64,000 nucleotides of DNA, taken from assembly GCA_002011495.1 (NCBI GenBank), contig MTNR01000072.1, forward strand, positions 7,371 through 71,370, written 5' to 3'. The stretch comes from Dehalococcoides sp. JdFR-56 (GTDB lineage Bacteria > Chloroflexota > Dehalococcoidia > Dehalococcoidales > RBG-16-60-22). Made by a program: the position numbers and the translations under genes. The notes under the pieces were generated by a model that made no database searches, was not told the DNA's origin, and saw only the letters and a list, made by a program, of their open reading frames with translations. Shown here piece by piece: positions 8,633 through 17,850 of this stretch; the first letter of the stretch is position 1, and every line of letters begins with the position of its first letter.

Positions 8633-8950
8633 TAGCTACCCCCTTTCTAGTGCTATAACACCTCGGAAGCCGGTGTTAGACTCGAACCGGTACCATCTCC
8701 CGGGCAGGGAAAAGTTCCCAAATCCATCTCAAAATGTACTTCATCATTCTCATTCCTGGGAGGTTCAAGTCTACAAGGAGTTTATATGAGCTACTCTGAA
8801 ATATCTACCGTAATCGAGGGCTCGAATAACCCAATTTTTGTGGGTAGGGGGTACCCAATTCACAGTAACAAGGCCAAAAATGCCTAGAGAAAAGCCAAAA
8901 TTTGCCTAGCGGGTGGGGAAGTATTGGTACTGGGGCAGCTTCGGGCCGGT

Positions 8951-9607
8951 TTACCCTTCGAAGTCTATGAGCCCCTTGCGCAGGGCGTACTTGGTCAGGT
9001 CCTCGCGCCTGGCCAAATTGAGCTTGCGCATCACTGCTTGACGATGTTTTTCCACTGTTCTTATGCTCAAGAACAGCTTCTCCGCCATCTCCCGGTTGGT
9101 GTATCCGGAGGCGGCCAGGCGGAGCACCTCTCTCTCCCTGGGGGTGAGCGAACTATATTTTTCGTCTTGTGGACCGGCGTCCGCCTTGACGAAGCCTTCC
9201 AGAAAGACCTTGGCTATGGCTGGGGAGAGAAAGACCTGCCCCTGACAGACCACATAGATAGCGTAGAGCAGCTCCTGTGGTTCCGCCTCCTTCAGGATAT
9301 AGCCTGATGCCCCAGCTCTGAGCACGGGGAAGAAGAACTCCTCATCGTCGTGCATGGTGAGGACGAGGACATTGATGTCAGGGAACTCCTTTTTGATTTG
9401 GCGGGTGGCCTCAATGCCGTTCATCCCCGGCAGCGCGATGTCCATCAGCACTAGGTCAGGGTGAAGCTCTCTTGCCTTCTCGATGGCCTCTTCTCCATGG
9501 GCTGCCTCACCCGCCACCTCAATGTCAGGCTGGCTCTCCAGGAGCGAGCGTATGCCCGCCCGAACAATCCCGTGGTCATCCACGATCAAAATGCGTATCT
9601 TGCCCAT
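8951..9607 (-). CDS. Response regulator, NarL/FixJ (REC + LuxR-type HTH)
   Basis: REC motifs are present (ILIVDDH, LVLMDIALPGMNG). The C-terminus has LTPREREVL...SIRTVEKH, a LuxR-type HTH. It abuts the kinase gene. Confidence 0.9.
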   Translation of the reverse strand: MGKIRILIVDDHGIVRAGIRSLLESQPDIEVAGEAAHGEEAIEKARELHPDLVLMDIALPGMNGIEATRQIKKEFPDINVLVLTMHDDEEFFFPVLRAGASGYILKEAEPQELLYAIYVVCQGQVFLSPAIAKVFLEGFVKADAGPQDEKYSSLTPREREVLRLAASGYTNREMAEKLFLSIRTVEKHRQAVMRKLNLARREDLTKYALRKGLIDFEG

Positions 9608-9609
9608 GG

Positions 9610-11088
9610 CTAGACACTTCCCAGAGGGATGCGGAACTCGATACTGGTGCCCTTCCCTCGTTTGGATTCTATCTTGAGCTCGCCCCCGAGGATGGCTACC
9701 CTTTCCCGTATGCCGCGCAGCCCCCAGGACTCGGGGGCCTGAAACGCTGCCTCAACATCGAACCCCTTACCGTTATCCTTGATGGTGGTGGTGACCATTG
9801 AGTTTTTCGCCGTTACTTGGATGTTGACCTCCGAGGCGCCAGAGTGGCGGATGATGTTGGTGATCGCCTCCTGAATGATTCTGAACAGCGTAATCTCTAC
9901 TTGGGGAGAGAGCCGGTCCTTCAGGCCGATGAAGCTGAGCTGCGCCTTGATTTTCTGGGCTTCCAGATGGCTCTTGACGTAGGAGCGTAGCGCCGGAACC
10001 AGACCGAGCTGGTCGAGAACTTCAGGGCGAAGGTCGTAGATTAGCTTGCGCAGGTCGGCCAGGGTGCGAGCGGCGAGGGAGCGTGACTGGGCTAGCTTTT
10101 CTTTGGCTTCGGTGGCTTCATCAGGCAAGGCCTCTATCGCCCGGGATAGATTCATCATGATCGCGGAGAGGGCCTGCCCAGCTTCATCATGGAGTTCCCG
10201 GGCCACCCGGCGCCGCTCCTCCTCCTGGGCGGAAATGAGCCTCTGCAGCAGCTGACCACGAACTGCCGCCATCTGCTGCACCTGCTTGGTCCTCTCCTGC
10301 ACCCTTGCCTCCAGCTCTCTCTTGGAATCCTCAAGGGCTCGGGCGTATTGCTCAACCCGCTCCGCCATCTCATTGAAGGTACGGGCCACCATGCCAACCT
10401 CGTCCTCCTTCTCCACCTCAGCCCTGGCGCTGAAGTCGCCTTTCGAAATCCGGCGCGCCGAGGCAGAGAGCTTGGAGAGAGGATTGAGCACCGCTGACCT
10501 GACCATGAAGGCCACCGCTCCCCCCACGGCGATAAAGGTGAGCCCACCAATCAGCGCCATGAGCAGCATCTGCGTCCTCAGTTGCTTCTCAATGGGGCTT
10601 CTGTTCAACCCAATCTCAATCGCCCCCAGCATCTTTGCCTCAGCGCCATGACACGTCTGGCATTCGGGCTTGTTCATTACTGGCATGATCACGCAGAGTT
10701 CGCTCTGCCCATACATTATCTCGGTTCTGGTCACTATCTTCCCTGTGGCCAGGGCCTGGGCGATTTCGGCATCGTGCCTTGTTTTACCGATCTCTGAGAT
10801 CTCGCCTGAGGCATACACTTTTTGGGTGCTGGAGAGGATGACCACCTCATTGATCAGTGGTACCGAGGCAATGCGCGCCACTGCATCTTGGATGTTCTCC
10901 TGCCCGCCCTCCAGCATGTCATGCTCCAGGGTCTCGTGAATCATCTCGGCCATGCTCAGCGCTGACTCTTCAAATTGGGAGAAGGCGGCCTGCCGCTGCA
11001 AGTGCAGCATGATTCCAGCGCCAGCTACCCCGATAACCAGCAGGATGAGAAAGATGAAGAAGGTGATTTTGTATTGAAGTTTCATCAC
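9610..11088 (-). CDS. Sensor histidine kinase (HAMP, HisKA_3, HATPase_c) with a CxxCH motif in the extracytoplasmic domain
   Basis: Two TM segments flank a ~150-aa outer domain that contains PECQTCHG. It also has a HAMP-like linker, an H-box (ARELHDEAGQAL) and a C-terminal ATPase region (DNGKGF...GLRGIRERV). Confidence 0.85.
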   Translation of the reverse strand: MMKLQYKITFFIFLILLVIGVAGAGIMLHLQRQAAFSQFEESALSMAEMIHETLEHDMLEGGQENIQDAVARIASVPLINEVVILSSTQKVYASGEISEIGKTRHDAEIAQALATGKIVTRTEIMYGQSELCVIMPVMNKPECQTCHGAEAKMLGAIEIGLNRSPIEKQLRTQMLLMALIGGLTFIAVGGAVAFMVRSAVLNPLSKLSASARRISKGDFSARAEVEKEDEVGMVARTFNEMAERVEQYARALEDSKRELEARVQERTKQVQQMAAVRGQLLQRLISAQEEERRRVARELHDEAGQALSAIMMNLSRAIEALPDEATEAKEKLAQSRSLAARTLADLRKLIYDLRPEVLDQLGLVPALRSYVKSHLEAQKIKAQLSFIGLKDRLSPQVEITLFRIIQEAITNIIRHSGASEVNIQVTAKNSMVTTTIKDNGKGFDVEAAFQAPESWGLRGIRERVAILGGELKIESKRGKGTSIEFRIPLGSV

Positions 11089-11105
11089 AGCCCACCGTCA
11101 ACCGC

Positions 11106-12992
11106 TCAATATCCCCACACTTGGATTCGGTTGTTCTCACGGTCGGCGATGTACAGCCTCCCCGCAGCGTCAATAGCCAAATCATTGGGGAAGTTGAACT
11201 CGCCGTTGCCTACCCCTCTCTGGCCGAAGGTGAACAGTTGCCTCCCTCCCTGCTCTAGGTCATAGACGCGAATCAGGTGACTGAAGGTATCAATCACATA
11301 GAGATAGTCCCCCTCTATGGCAATCCCCCGGGGGAACCCGACCACTTCCTTGGCACCGCTACCAAGCTCAGCCAGGAGCTGACCCTGGGCATCGAAAATT
11401 TGGACACGGTAGTTGTTGCTGTCAGAGACGTAGATTCGCCCGAGGCTATCCACGGCGACGTCATTGGGGAAGGAAAATTCCCCCTTGCCGTTACCCTCCT
11501 TGCCGAATTCCAGCTTCAGTTTCCCCGAGGCGTCAAATACCATGACCCGGTGCTTGAGGCTGGTCACCTCGGTGACGTAGAAATTGCCGCTGGCATCAAG
11601 GGCTAGGCCAAGGGGAGACCACCGCATCTCCGGATTGTCTCTGGGGGTAAAGGCGCCGAGATAGGCGCCGTCTACGTCATAGATATCTATGGTGCCCCTC
11701 ATCCGGTCAGAGACATACATGGTGCCCATGCGGTCAATGGCCGCATAGGTGGGGGCACGCTCCGCAGGCTCTGTTCCCGGAGGAACCAGAACCAAGATCT
11801 CATTTCCTTCGCCATCGAAAACCCGAGTAACGCGGTCACCCCGGCTCTCGGTAACCACGATGCGCTGCCCCGCCGGGTCAACCGCCACCCCAAGTGGCCG
11901 CTGTATATCGTAGATGGAGAAGAGATACTTGGGCGGGCCCTCCCGCACCACCGGCTTGGTGGGGGTAGCCCAGACTTCAGGGACGGGCAGGACCGGGAAG
12001 AACGGTCTCCGGATGACATCAACTCTGGCGAGGACAATGCCTGGTGCATGCTGTGCCAGAACCTCGTCCCGCTTCTCTTGGTAGTTGGCCGGGAGTGGCG
12101 GAGGCGCGGGAACTCTGGAGGCGGGCTTTATCGCTTTCTTCACCTTGAAAACGGCGGTGCCGGTTTCAGAATTGAGCGCCAGCAGGGAGGCACCGCCTAC
12201 CTTAACGTCGGAGCGGTCCTTGGCCACGGATTTTCTCGCTAGGTTTCTGGCCACGGTCACCAGCCTCTTCAGCACGGCCGGGTCCTCTCGCCATTCCTCA
12301 GGAAGCGGGGGTATGGCCACCACGTCACCGGCGTTGAGGGGAATGAGGGTCACCACCGCCCTCTGCTCACTATCTACAGTTATGGCGCTGACCCTGACGG
12401 CGCCCTGGCTGACCTCAAGGATGGTCTCCTGTGCCTTGCCTACCTTCACCTCAAGCATGGTGCCCTGGACCACTGCCACCTGGTTGAGGGTGAGGAGTTC
12501 AAAGAGAGAATCGGGGTTGGTCTGCCTTACCGCGGCGATGGCCACCCTCCCCTGAACGACCTCCAAGCCGATGGACCTAGCTGCCTCCAGGGGTTGCTCT
12601 TTGAGGCTTCGGCTCCAGGACTGGTGCACTTCAGCCTCGCCTTCAATCTTAACGGTGCTGCCATCAAAGTATTGCAGTACGGCTAGACTATCTGGCTTTG
12701 CTCTGATGTCATTGCCTGCTTCAAGCCAGGTTTTATCAGCTGACCCTAGGAATTCCCCCTGGTGGGTGGCGTAAACTTCCACCTCTCCCTTCAGGATGCG
12801 CAGCATCACCGGCTGCTCAACCCAGACTTCCCTTATCACCAGCCAGTAAATCGCGGCCAAAGCCAATACCAGCGCTGCGGCAATCCCCAGCCAGAGCCTC
12901 TTTCTCTTTCTCCAAGGAAAGCCCTTCGATCTGGAGAGCGCCGAGTTGAAGCTTATCCGCAGTCTGGAGATTAGTGGTGATAGTTTTACCAT
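11106..12992 (-). CDS. Membrane-anchored NHL-repeat beta-propeller protein
   Basis: The C-terminal half holds about 6 NHL-type repeats (e.g. GEFNFPNDLAIDAAGRLYIADRENNRIQVW). There is an N-terminal TM segment. I prefer the start at ATG 12992 (MVKLSPL...), 1 nt after the upstream TGA. The track extends to 13037. Confidence 0.8.
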   Translation of the reverse strand: MVKLSPLISRLRISFNSALSRSKGFPWRKRKRLWLGIAAALVLALAAIYWLVIREVWVEQPVMLRILKGEVEVYATHQGEFLGSADKTWLEAGNDIRAKPDSLAVLQYFDGSTVKIEGEAEVHQSWSRSLKEQPLEAARSIGLEVVQGRVAIAAVRQTNPDSLFELLTLNQVAVVQGTMLEVKVGKAQETILEVSQGAVRVSAITVDSEQRAVVTLIPLNAGDVVAIPPLPEEWREDPAVLKRLVTVARNLARKSVAKDRSDVKVGGASLLALNSETGTAVFKVKKAIKPASRVPAPPPLPANYQEKRDEVLAQHAPGIVLARVDVIRRPFFPVLPVPEVWATPTKPVVREGPPKYLFSIYDIQRPLGVAVDPAGQRIVVTESRGDRVTRVFDGEGNEILVLVPPGTEPAERAPTYAAIDRMGTMYVSDRMRGTIDIYDVDGAYLGAFTPRDNPEMRWSPLGLALDASGNFYVTEVTSLKHRVMVFDASGKLKLEFGKEGNGKGEFSFPNDVAVDSLGRIYVSDSNNYRVQIFDAQGQLLAELGSGAKEVVGFPRGIAIEGDYLYVIDTFSHLIRVYDLEQGGRQLFTFGQRGVGNGEFNFPNDLAIDAAGRLYIADRENNRIQVWGY

Positions 12993-12993
12993 C

Positions 12994-13911
12994 TCACTCT
13001 TTTCCCACCCCCAGCGCCTGCAATTTGGCCTGAGCAAGCCAAATGTCCGGGTCTAAGTTCAGGGCCTGCTGGTAGGCGCTGATGGCTTTCTCAATTTGGC
13101 CTTCCTTCTCATAAGCTAGCCCAAGCCCGAGGTAAGCATCAGCTAGGTCAGGCATGATGGCCACTACCTCCTCCAGCTGCCGCACCGCTTTACCGGTGGC
13201 ACCTGAACTGTAGCTCACCATGGCCTCGGCGTATCGGGCCAGGCCCTCCTGCCCGGTCTTCTTATAGCACTGGGCCAGGCCCTGATAGGCTTCAGCGAAG
13301 TTGGGCACAAAGCGTACCGCCTGCTTAAAGGACTCGATAGCCTTTTCCAGCTCCCCGGTATGCTGGTAGGTGGCCCCCAGCGTGTACCAGGCATCAGCGT
13401 CGGTCCTATCAATGGACAGCGCTTCCTCGAGATATTCAATGGCCTTTTCCGGCTTCTCCAAGTTAAAGTAGGCGACGCCCAGATAGTAGTAAACCCCCTC
13501 CAGCTGGCGGCTGACACCCCGCAGAGGGTTATCTTCATTTAGTTCCACCACTTTGAGGTAAGGCTCGAGGGCCTCCTCATAGCGCCCCTGCTCCATGTAA
13601 ATATCCCCGAGTGCCACCAGTGCCCCTTGATGGGAGCCATCTAGCTCCAGCGCTGCTTTAAGCTGGTCTGTGGCCTGCTCTAGGGAGCCCGCCTCATAAT
13701 AGAAGAGCGCCAGCTCCACCCGCTTGTCCGGGTCATCAGGATTCTGGGCCACCACCTTTTCCAGCCTGGCGACCTCTCTCTCCACAAGCTCCCCCGGCTG
13801 ATCGCGGGAGATGAGAAGGTAGGCGGTCACTCCACCAATCACTATGGCCAAGCCCGCAGCAACAAGTATGCTGAACCTCAGACTGCGCAAACGTCCCAAC
13901 ATCAGATTCAT
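12994..13911 (-). CDS. Membrane-anchored TPR-repeat protein
   Basis: N-terminal TM segment followed by multiple 34-aa TPR-like units (A..YY.LG.AY...G....A...Y..AL..DP). It is first in the TPR-NHL-kinase-regulator gene string. Confidence 0.8.
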   Translation of the reverse strand: MNLMLGRLRSLRFSILVAAGLAIVIGGVTAYLLISRDQPGELVEREVARLEKVVAQNPDDPDKRVELALFYYEAGSLEQATDQLKAALELDGSHQGALVALGDIYMEQGRYEEALEPYLKVVELNEDNPLRGVSRQLEGVYYYLGVAYFNLEKPEKAIEYLEEALSIDRTDADAWYTLGATYQHTGELEKAIESFKQAVRFVPNFAEAYQGLAQCYKKTGQEGLARYAEAMVSYSSGATGKAVRQLEEVVAIMPDLADAYLGLGLAYEKEGQIEKAISAYQQALNLDPDIWLAQAKLQALGVGKE

Positions 13912-14189
13912 CCTGCTGTGGGGGATTTCTTGGCTAACGAGTCTGCCCTCCGCTCCATAGTATACGATAGCGCCCCAAGCTAATCAAGCAATTCGGGGCT
14001 GGGGCAAATGTCCCCCAACCACCGACCTACCTGGGCCCAAGGCGCCTATCTCCCCAGGATGTTTAGGAAATGTTTAGAAATCCCCAGTGAGTTTTAGGCA
14101 TTTGTTTAGCCTCACCCACCTACAATGGGCCCAGAAAGCAGCGCGGTAGTGACCGAACTTTCGCTTTCAAGCCTGAAGTAGGAGGAGTG

Positions 14190-15110
14190 ATGAAAAAGAT
14201 AAGATATATCCTGCCGCTTGTGGTGCTCCTCGCCAGTCTCTTATTTGCTAGTCTAGCTCTTGCCGATAATGGCCCGCATAGTCAGGACAAGATGAGCGAC
14301 CCTGAGCACTGCACGCTGTGTCATCGGTCCCACTCCTCTGCGGGCCCCGGGCTGCTGAGGGAGAGCCAGAATCTGGCCGCTTTCTGTTATACCTGTCACG
14401 GGAGAGACCGCTCCGGGGCGGCCACCAATGTTCAGGATGGCCGGTACTCCAATGGGGAGGGGTTGAGGGGCGGTGGCTTTGAACAGGCAGTGATGGACCC
14501 GGGGCTGACCGGAACTCCCTCAAGCAAAAAGGTGACCTCGGCGCACAGCGTTGATAGCTCCCTGGTGAGAGCCTGGGGCGGCGGCGATATCAGCAGCACC
14601 CCCGATTATGGGAACTTGATAGCGCTGGACTGCACCAGTTGCCATAATCCTCACGGCAATGGCACCTATCGCATGCTGCGCCCCCGGCCCAAGGGGATGT
14701 TCAATGAGGAAAACGCGGAGCCAGTGGTGGTGCCTGATGAAGATTCGCCCACCTATACCATCACCTATGATGAGACCACCCACTACCGTGATACTTCCTA
14801 TGTGCCGGAGAATCTGGATAAATGGTGTGCCCAGTGCCATACCAGGTATTTAGCCGGCCCTGAGGCGGGGCACACCCCGTCTGGTGATGCTATCTTCAAC
14901 TTTCGGCACCCCACTGAAGGCTTGCCTGGTGGCTGTCTAGCCTGTCATGTGGCTCATGGCACCACGGCCACAGTGGGGGAATATGGTGGGGCAGTGAACC
15001 TTCCCGATGGCACCTCCGGTGGCGGCGCCAGCGATAGCCGCCTGCTCCACACCGATGGCCGCGGCGTGTGCCTCCAGTGCCACAGCGCCAGCTCTCTCAC
15101 CCAAAACTAG
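14190..15110 (+). CDS. Secreted hexaheme c-type cytochrome (paralog B; OmcS-like motif order)
   Basis: Signal peptide, then CTLCHRSH, CYTCHG, CTSCHNPHG, CAQCHTRY, CLACHVAHG, CLQCHSAS, ending in LTQN. GGAGGAG lies just upstream of ATG 14190. The track starts at GTG 14187. Confidence 0.9.
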   Translation: MKKIRYILPLVVLLASLLFASLALADNGPHSQDKMSDPEHCTLCHRSHSSAGPGLLRESQNLAAFCYTCHGRDRSGAATNVQDGRYSNGEGLRGGGFEQAVMDPGLTGTPSSKKVTSAHSVDSSLVRAWGGGDISSTPDYGNLIALDCTSCHNPHGNGTYRMLRPRPKGMFNEENAEPVVVPDEDSPTYTITYDETTHYRDTSYVPENLDKWCAQCHTRYLAGPEAGHTPSGDAIFNFRHPTEGLPGGCLACHVAHGTTATVGEYGGAVNLPDGTSGGGASDSRLLHTDGRGVCLQCHSASSLTQN

Positions 15111-15215
15111 TCACATCTCCCGCCCGCGGCCAGGCGAGGGCAAAGCTGGGCTAAAAAGCCCTGCCGGTTGAGAAGGTGGCTTCTGCTCAATATGATATAA
15201 TTTAGGCTAAAAGAG

Positions 15216-16922
15216 GTGAAAAGATTGGCGGTGCTCTCAAGGATGCCAAACTCCGGCCGTTATGCCTTGATTCTCATCATGGCTCTCCTTGTGGTTGTGG
15301 TGCCGCTGGCCGGATGCAGAGAGCTACCGCCTGCCACCCAGCCGGCACCTCCACCAGCGCCAGCTTTTACGCCACCAGCAACACCGGGGCCACCGCCATC
15401 GCCGCTTCCTCCGCCAGTACCGGTTCCTCCACCGGCACCGGTGCCACCGCCATCACCAGCGCCTCCACCGCCTCCACCTCCTCCCATACCTGGGCCACCC
15501 CAGCCACCGCCGGCATATCCTCCACCACCATCACCACCCAGCACACCACCCCCTCCGCCGGCATACGTGCCCCCGGCCCCACCTGAGGTGCCGCTGCTCG
15601 AGATAACCGTCAAGGATGATATACCTGGCGGCAACCAGCGAGCCGTGGATAGCTTCCTCGAGACCTATCCATTTTTGGTCAAATATCTGGGGGAGCCTTT
15701 CACCATCGGCACTGAGGGTGTCAACTGGGAATTTGATGCCGACGCCCCGGGATGGGGCTGGGATGCGGAGACGAATACCGTCTTCCTCAATGGCAATGTT
15801 CTGGAGCAGGGCCCGGAGCAAGCTCCCTACGCCAAGCTTGATGAGTCTTACCAGCATGAAACTGCCCATCTTTTTTACGATGTGGGCGATAGCGCCATCC
15901 GCTTTGATTTCGGGCAGTGGATCTGGGAAGCCCACGCCCTGGCCGGGCAGGCTTTGGCCAATCAGGACGCGCGGGGAGAGCCCACCTTCGGCCAGGTGGC
16001 CACGGGCTATGATACCCAGGCCAATATCGGCTATGAGGTGGTGAATGGTGTGCCCCGGGATGGCGAGAAATGGAACCGCACCATCGTTGACAGCAATGCC
16101 ACCCAGGCCCTGCTCATGCTGGTGGACGTGCTCTCCGCTGATTCTGACCGCGATTTCCTGAAACGGGTGAACGCTCTCCTTTTGGCGCACTACCAGGCTA
16201 CGGGAAGTCCGGATATCTCCGCTGAGACCTACCGCGCTATCCTGAATGAAGCCGCCGCTGGCCGTCAGATTGACGGACAGCCCCCCGGCGACTGGCTGTT
16301 TGCCCAGCCGGTGGCCAACATCGCCGGGAAGACGGGCGACTATCTGGCGGTGGTACCGCTATACAGTGCTGCCTGGGATGGGATGGAGCTGTGCCCCACC
16401 CGCTTTTGGGTCTTTGCCTTCCGGCGGGAAAAGCCGGGGCAGGACTACCGCGAGACCGCTCTGGAGGGCCTTGATATCAAGCTGACGGTATACAACGCTG
16501 CTGGTGAGGTAGAGGGAGAGACCACGGTGCAGAGCACCGGCGGTATAGGCCGGGAGCTAGAAATCTGGGAGCTACTCCCATCAGATCTCAGAGATGGGGC
16601 TTACCTGGTCAAGGCCGAAACCACCTCTGGGGATAAGCCGCTGGTGGCGTATAACTACTTCGTGGTGATGCGCCAGTCCCCGAGGGTTACCATTGAGGAT
16701 GACCGCTTGATTATCGTCCTCACCAATGCCTCAGGGACCGCGCTGGTGTCCGAAATGCCAGTAGGTATGAGCATCACCGGTGGGGAGCTAACCCAGACAC
16801 TGTCCGGCGTGCTGGTGGTGAGCGCCTCGCCGGGGGCTGCCGTCACCTTCCAATTGGACTCTTTCCAGAAAACCATCTCCAAACCGGTAACAGCACGCGT
16901 GGTCTCCCTGCGTCTCCCGTAA
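15216..16922 (+). CDS. Lipoprotein with a ~100-aa polyproline tract and an HExxH motif (putative zinc metallopeptidase-like)
   Basis: Signal peptide with lipobox (PLAGC), an extreme P-rich tract (PPPAPVPPPSPAPPPPPPPP...), then a ~440-aa globular region containing YQHETAHLF (HExxH). The start is uncertain: GTG 15216, TTG 15225 or ATG 15243. Confidence 0.7.
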   Translation: MKRLAVLSRMPNSGRYALILIMALLVVVVPLAGCRELPPATQPAPPPAPAFTPPATPGPPPSPLPPPVPVPPPAPVPPPSPAPPPPPPPPIPGPPQPPPAYPPPPSPPSTPPPPPAYVPPAPPEVPLLEITVKDDIPGGNQRAVDSFLETYPFLVKYLGEPFTIGTEGVNWEFDADAPGWGWDAETNTVFLNGNVLEQGPEQAPYAKLDESYQHETAHLFYDVGDSAIRFDFGQWIWEAHALAGQALANQDARGEPTFGQVATGYDTQANIGYEVVNGVPRDGEKWNRTIVDSNATQALLMLVDVLSADSDRDFLKRVNALLLAHYQATGSPDISAETYRAILNEAAAGRQIDGQPPGDWLFAQPVANIAGKTGDYLAVVPLYSAAWDGMELCPTRFWVFAFRREKPGQDYRETALEGLDIKLTVYNAAGEVEGETTVQSTGGIGRELEIWELLPSDLRDGAYLVKAETTSGDKPLVAYNYFVVMRQSPRVTIEDDRLIIVLTNASGTALVSEMPVGMSITGGELTQTLSGVLVVSASPGAAVTFQLDSFQKTISKPVTARVVSLRLP

Positions 16923-17045
16923 GGGGTAATGAAATAGGTGGTATCGCTCATACTCTCCAGCCATAGCTGATGAGGTAGCTTAGCGGGTAGGATTTATGGT
17001 GCTTCTCAGTGGCGTCCTTGAGGATGACCGGCTATAATCAGTATT

Positions 17046-17693
17046 ATGGGCTGCCTGGGATTGATTCTGGTAATTCTGATAGCTCTGCCGGTTATCTTTC
17101 TTCTTCTTTTCCTCAACATTATCACCCTATCTTTCGGCCAGCTAGGCTTGTCGCCAGAGGCGGCGGTAACGCTGCTGCTGGCCATGGTCCTGGGCAGCAT
17201 GGTGAACATACCAATCTCCCGTCGCCGCATCCTCTATGAGCAGCCGCGCCCTCTATATTTGCGCTTCTTTTTCTATCTACCGCCTCGGGTGAGGCATCAG
17301 GTGATAGCGGTGAATTTAGGTGGGGCGGTAATCCCTGTGGTCTTCGCCTTATACCTGCTGCCGCGGTCTCCGCTGCTGGCCACCCTTGAGGCTACCATAG
17401 TGGTGATAGTGGCCACCAGGCTACTAGCAAAACCGGTGCCTGGAGTTGGCATCGTCATGCCTGCCTGGATTCCCCCAGTCATCTCTGCAGGTCTGGCGCT
17501 CCTTTTGGCGAGGGATAACCCGGCGCCCGTGGCCTATATTTCGGGGACGCTGGGTACTCTCATCGGAGCCGACCTGCTTAACTGGCCGAACTTCAAGAAG
17601 CTTGGGGCTCATCTCATCAGCATTGGAGGGGCTGGGGTCTTCGATGGCATATTCCTGGCGGGGATAATGGCGGTTCTCATTACCTCGCTCTAA
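17046..17693 (+). CDS. Polytopic integral membrane protein, function unknown
   Basis: 215-aa ORF that is hydrophobic throughout, with about 5-6 predicted TM segments by eye. Confidence 0.6.
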   Translation: MGCLGLILVILIALPVIFLLLFLNIITLSFGQLGLSPEAAVTLLLAMVLGSMVNIPISRRRILYEQPRPLYLRFFFYLPPRVRHQVIAVNLGGAVIPVVFALYLLPRSPLLATLEATIVVIVATRLLAKPVPGVGIVMPAWIPPVISAGLALLLARDNPAPVAYISGTLGTLIGADLLNWPNFKKLGAHLISIGGAGVFDGIFLAGIMAVLITSL

Positions 17694-17850
17694 CCCCGCG
17701 ATCGGCTGGTGAGCACGTCATCTGTGGCATACCTCCTTCGCTTTGAGGGAAACCCAGTTCATTGACAAAGTGCTTCCCGTGAACCTACAATGAGATTGCA
17801 AGCCTCAATTCTAGCCTTGGTTCTTTCCTGTTGAGGGAAGGGGGAGGGCG

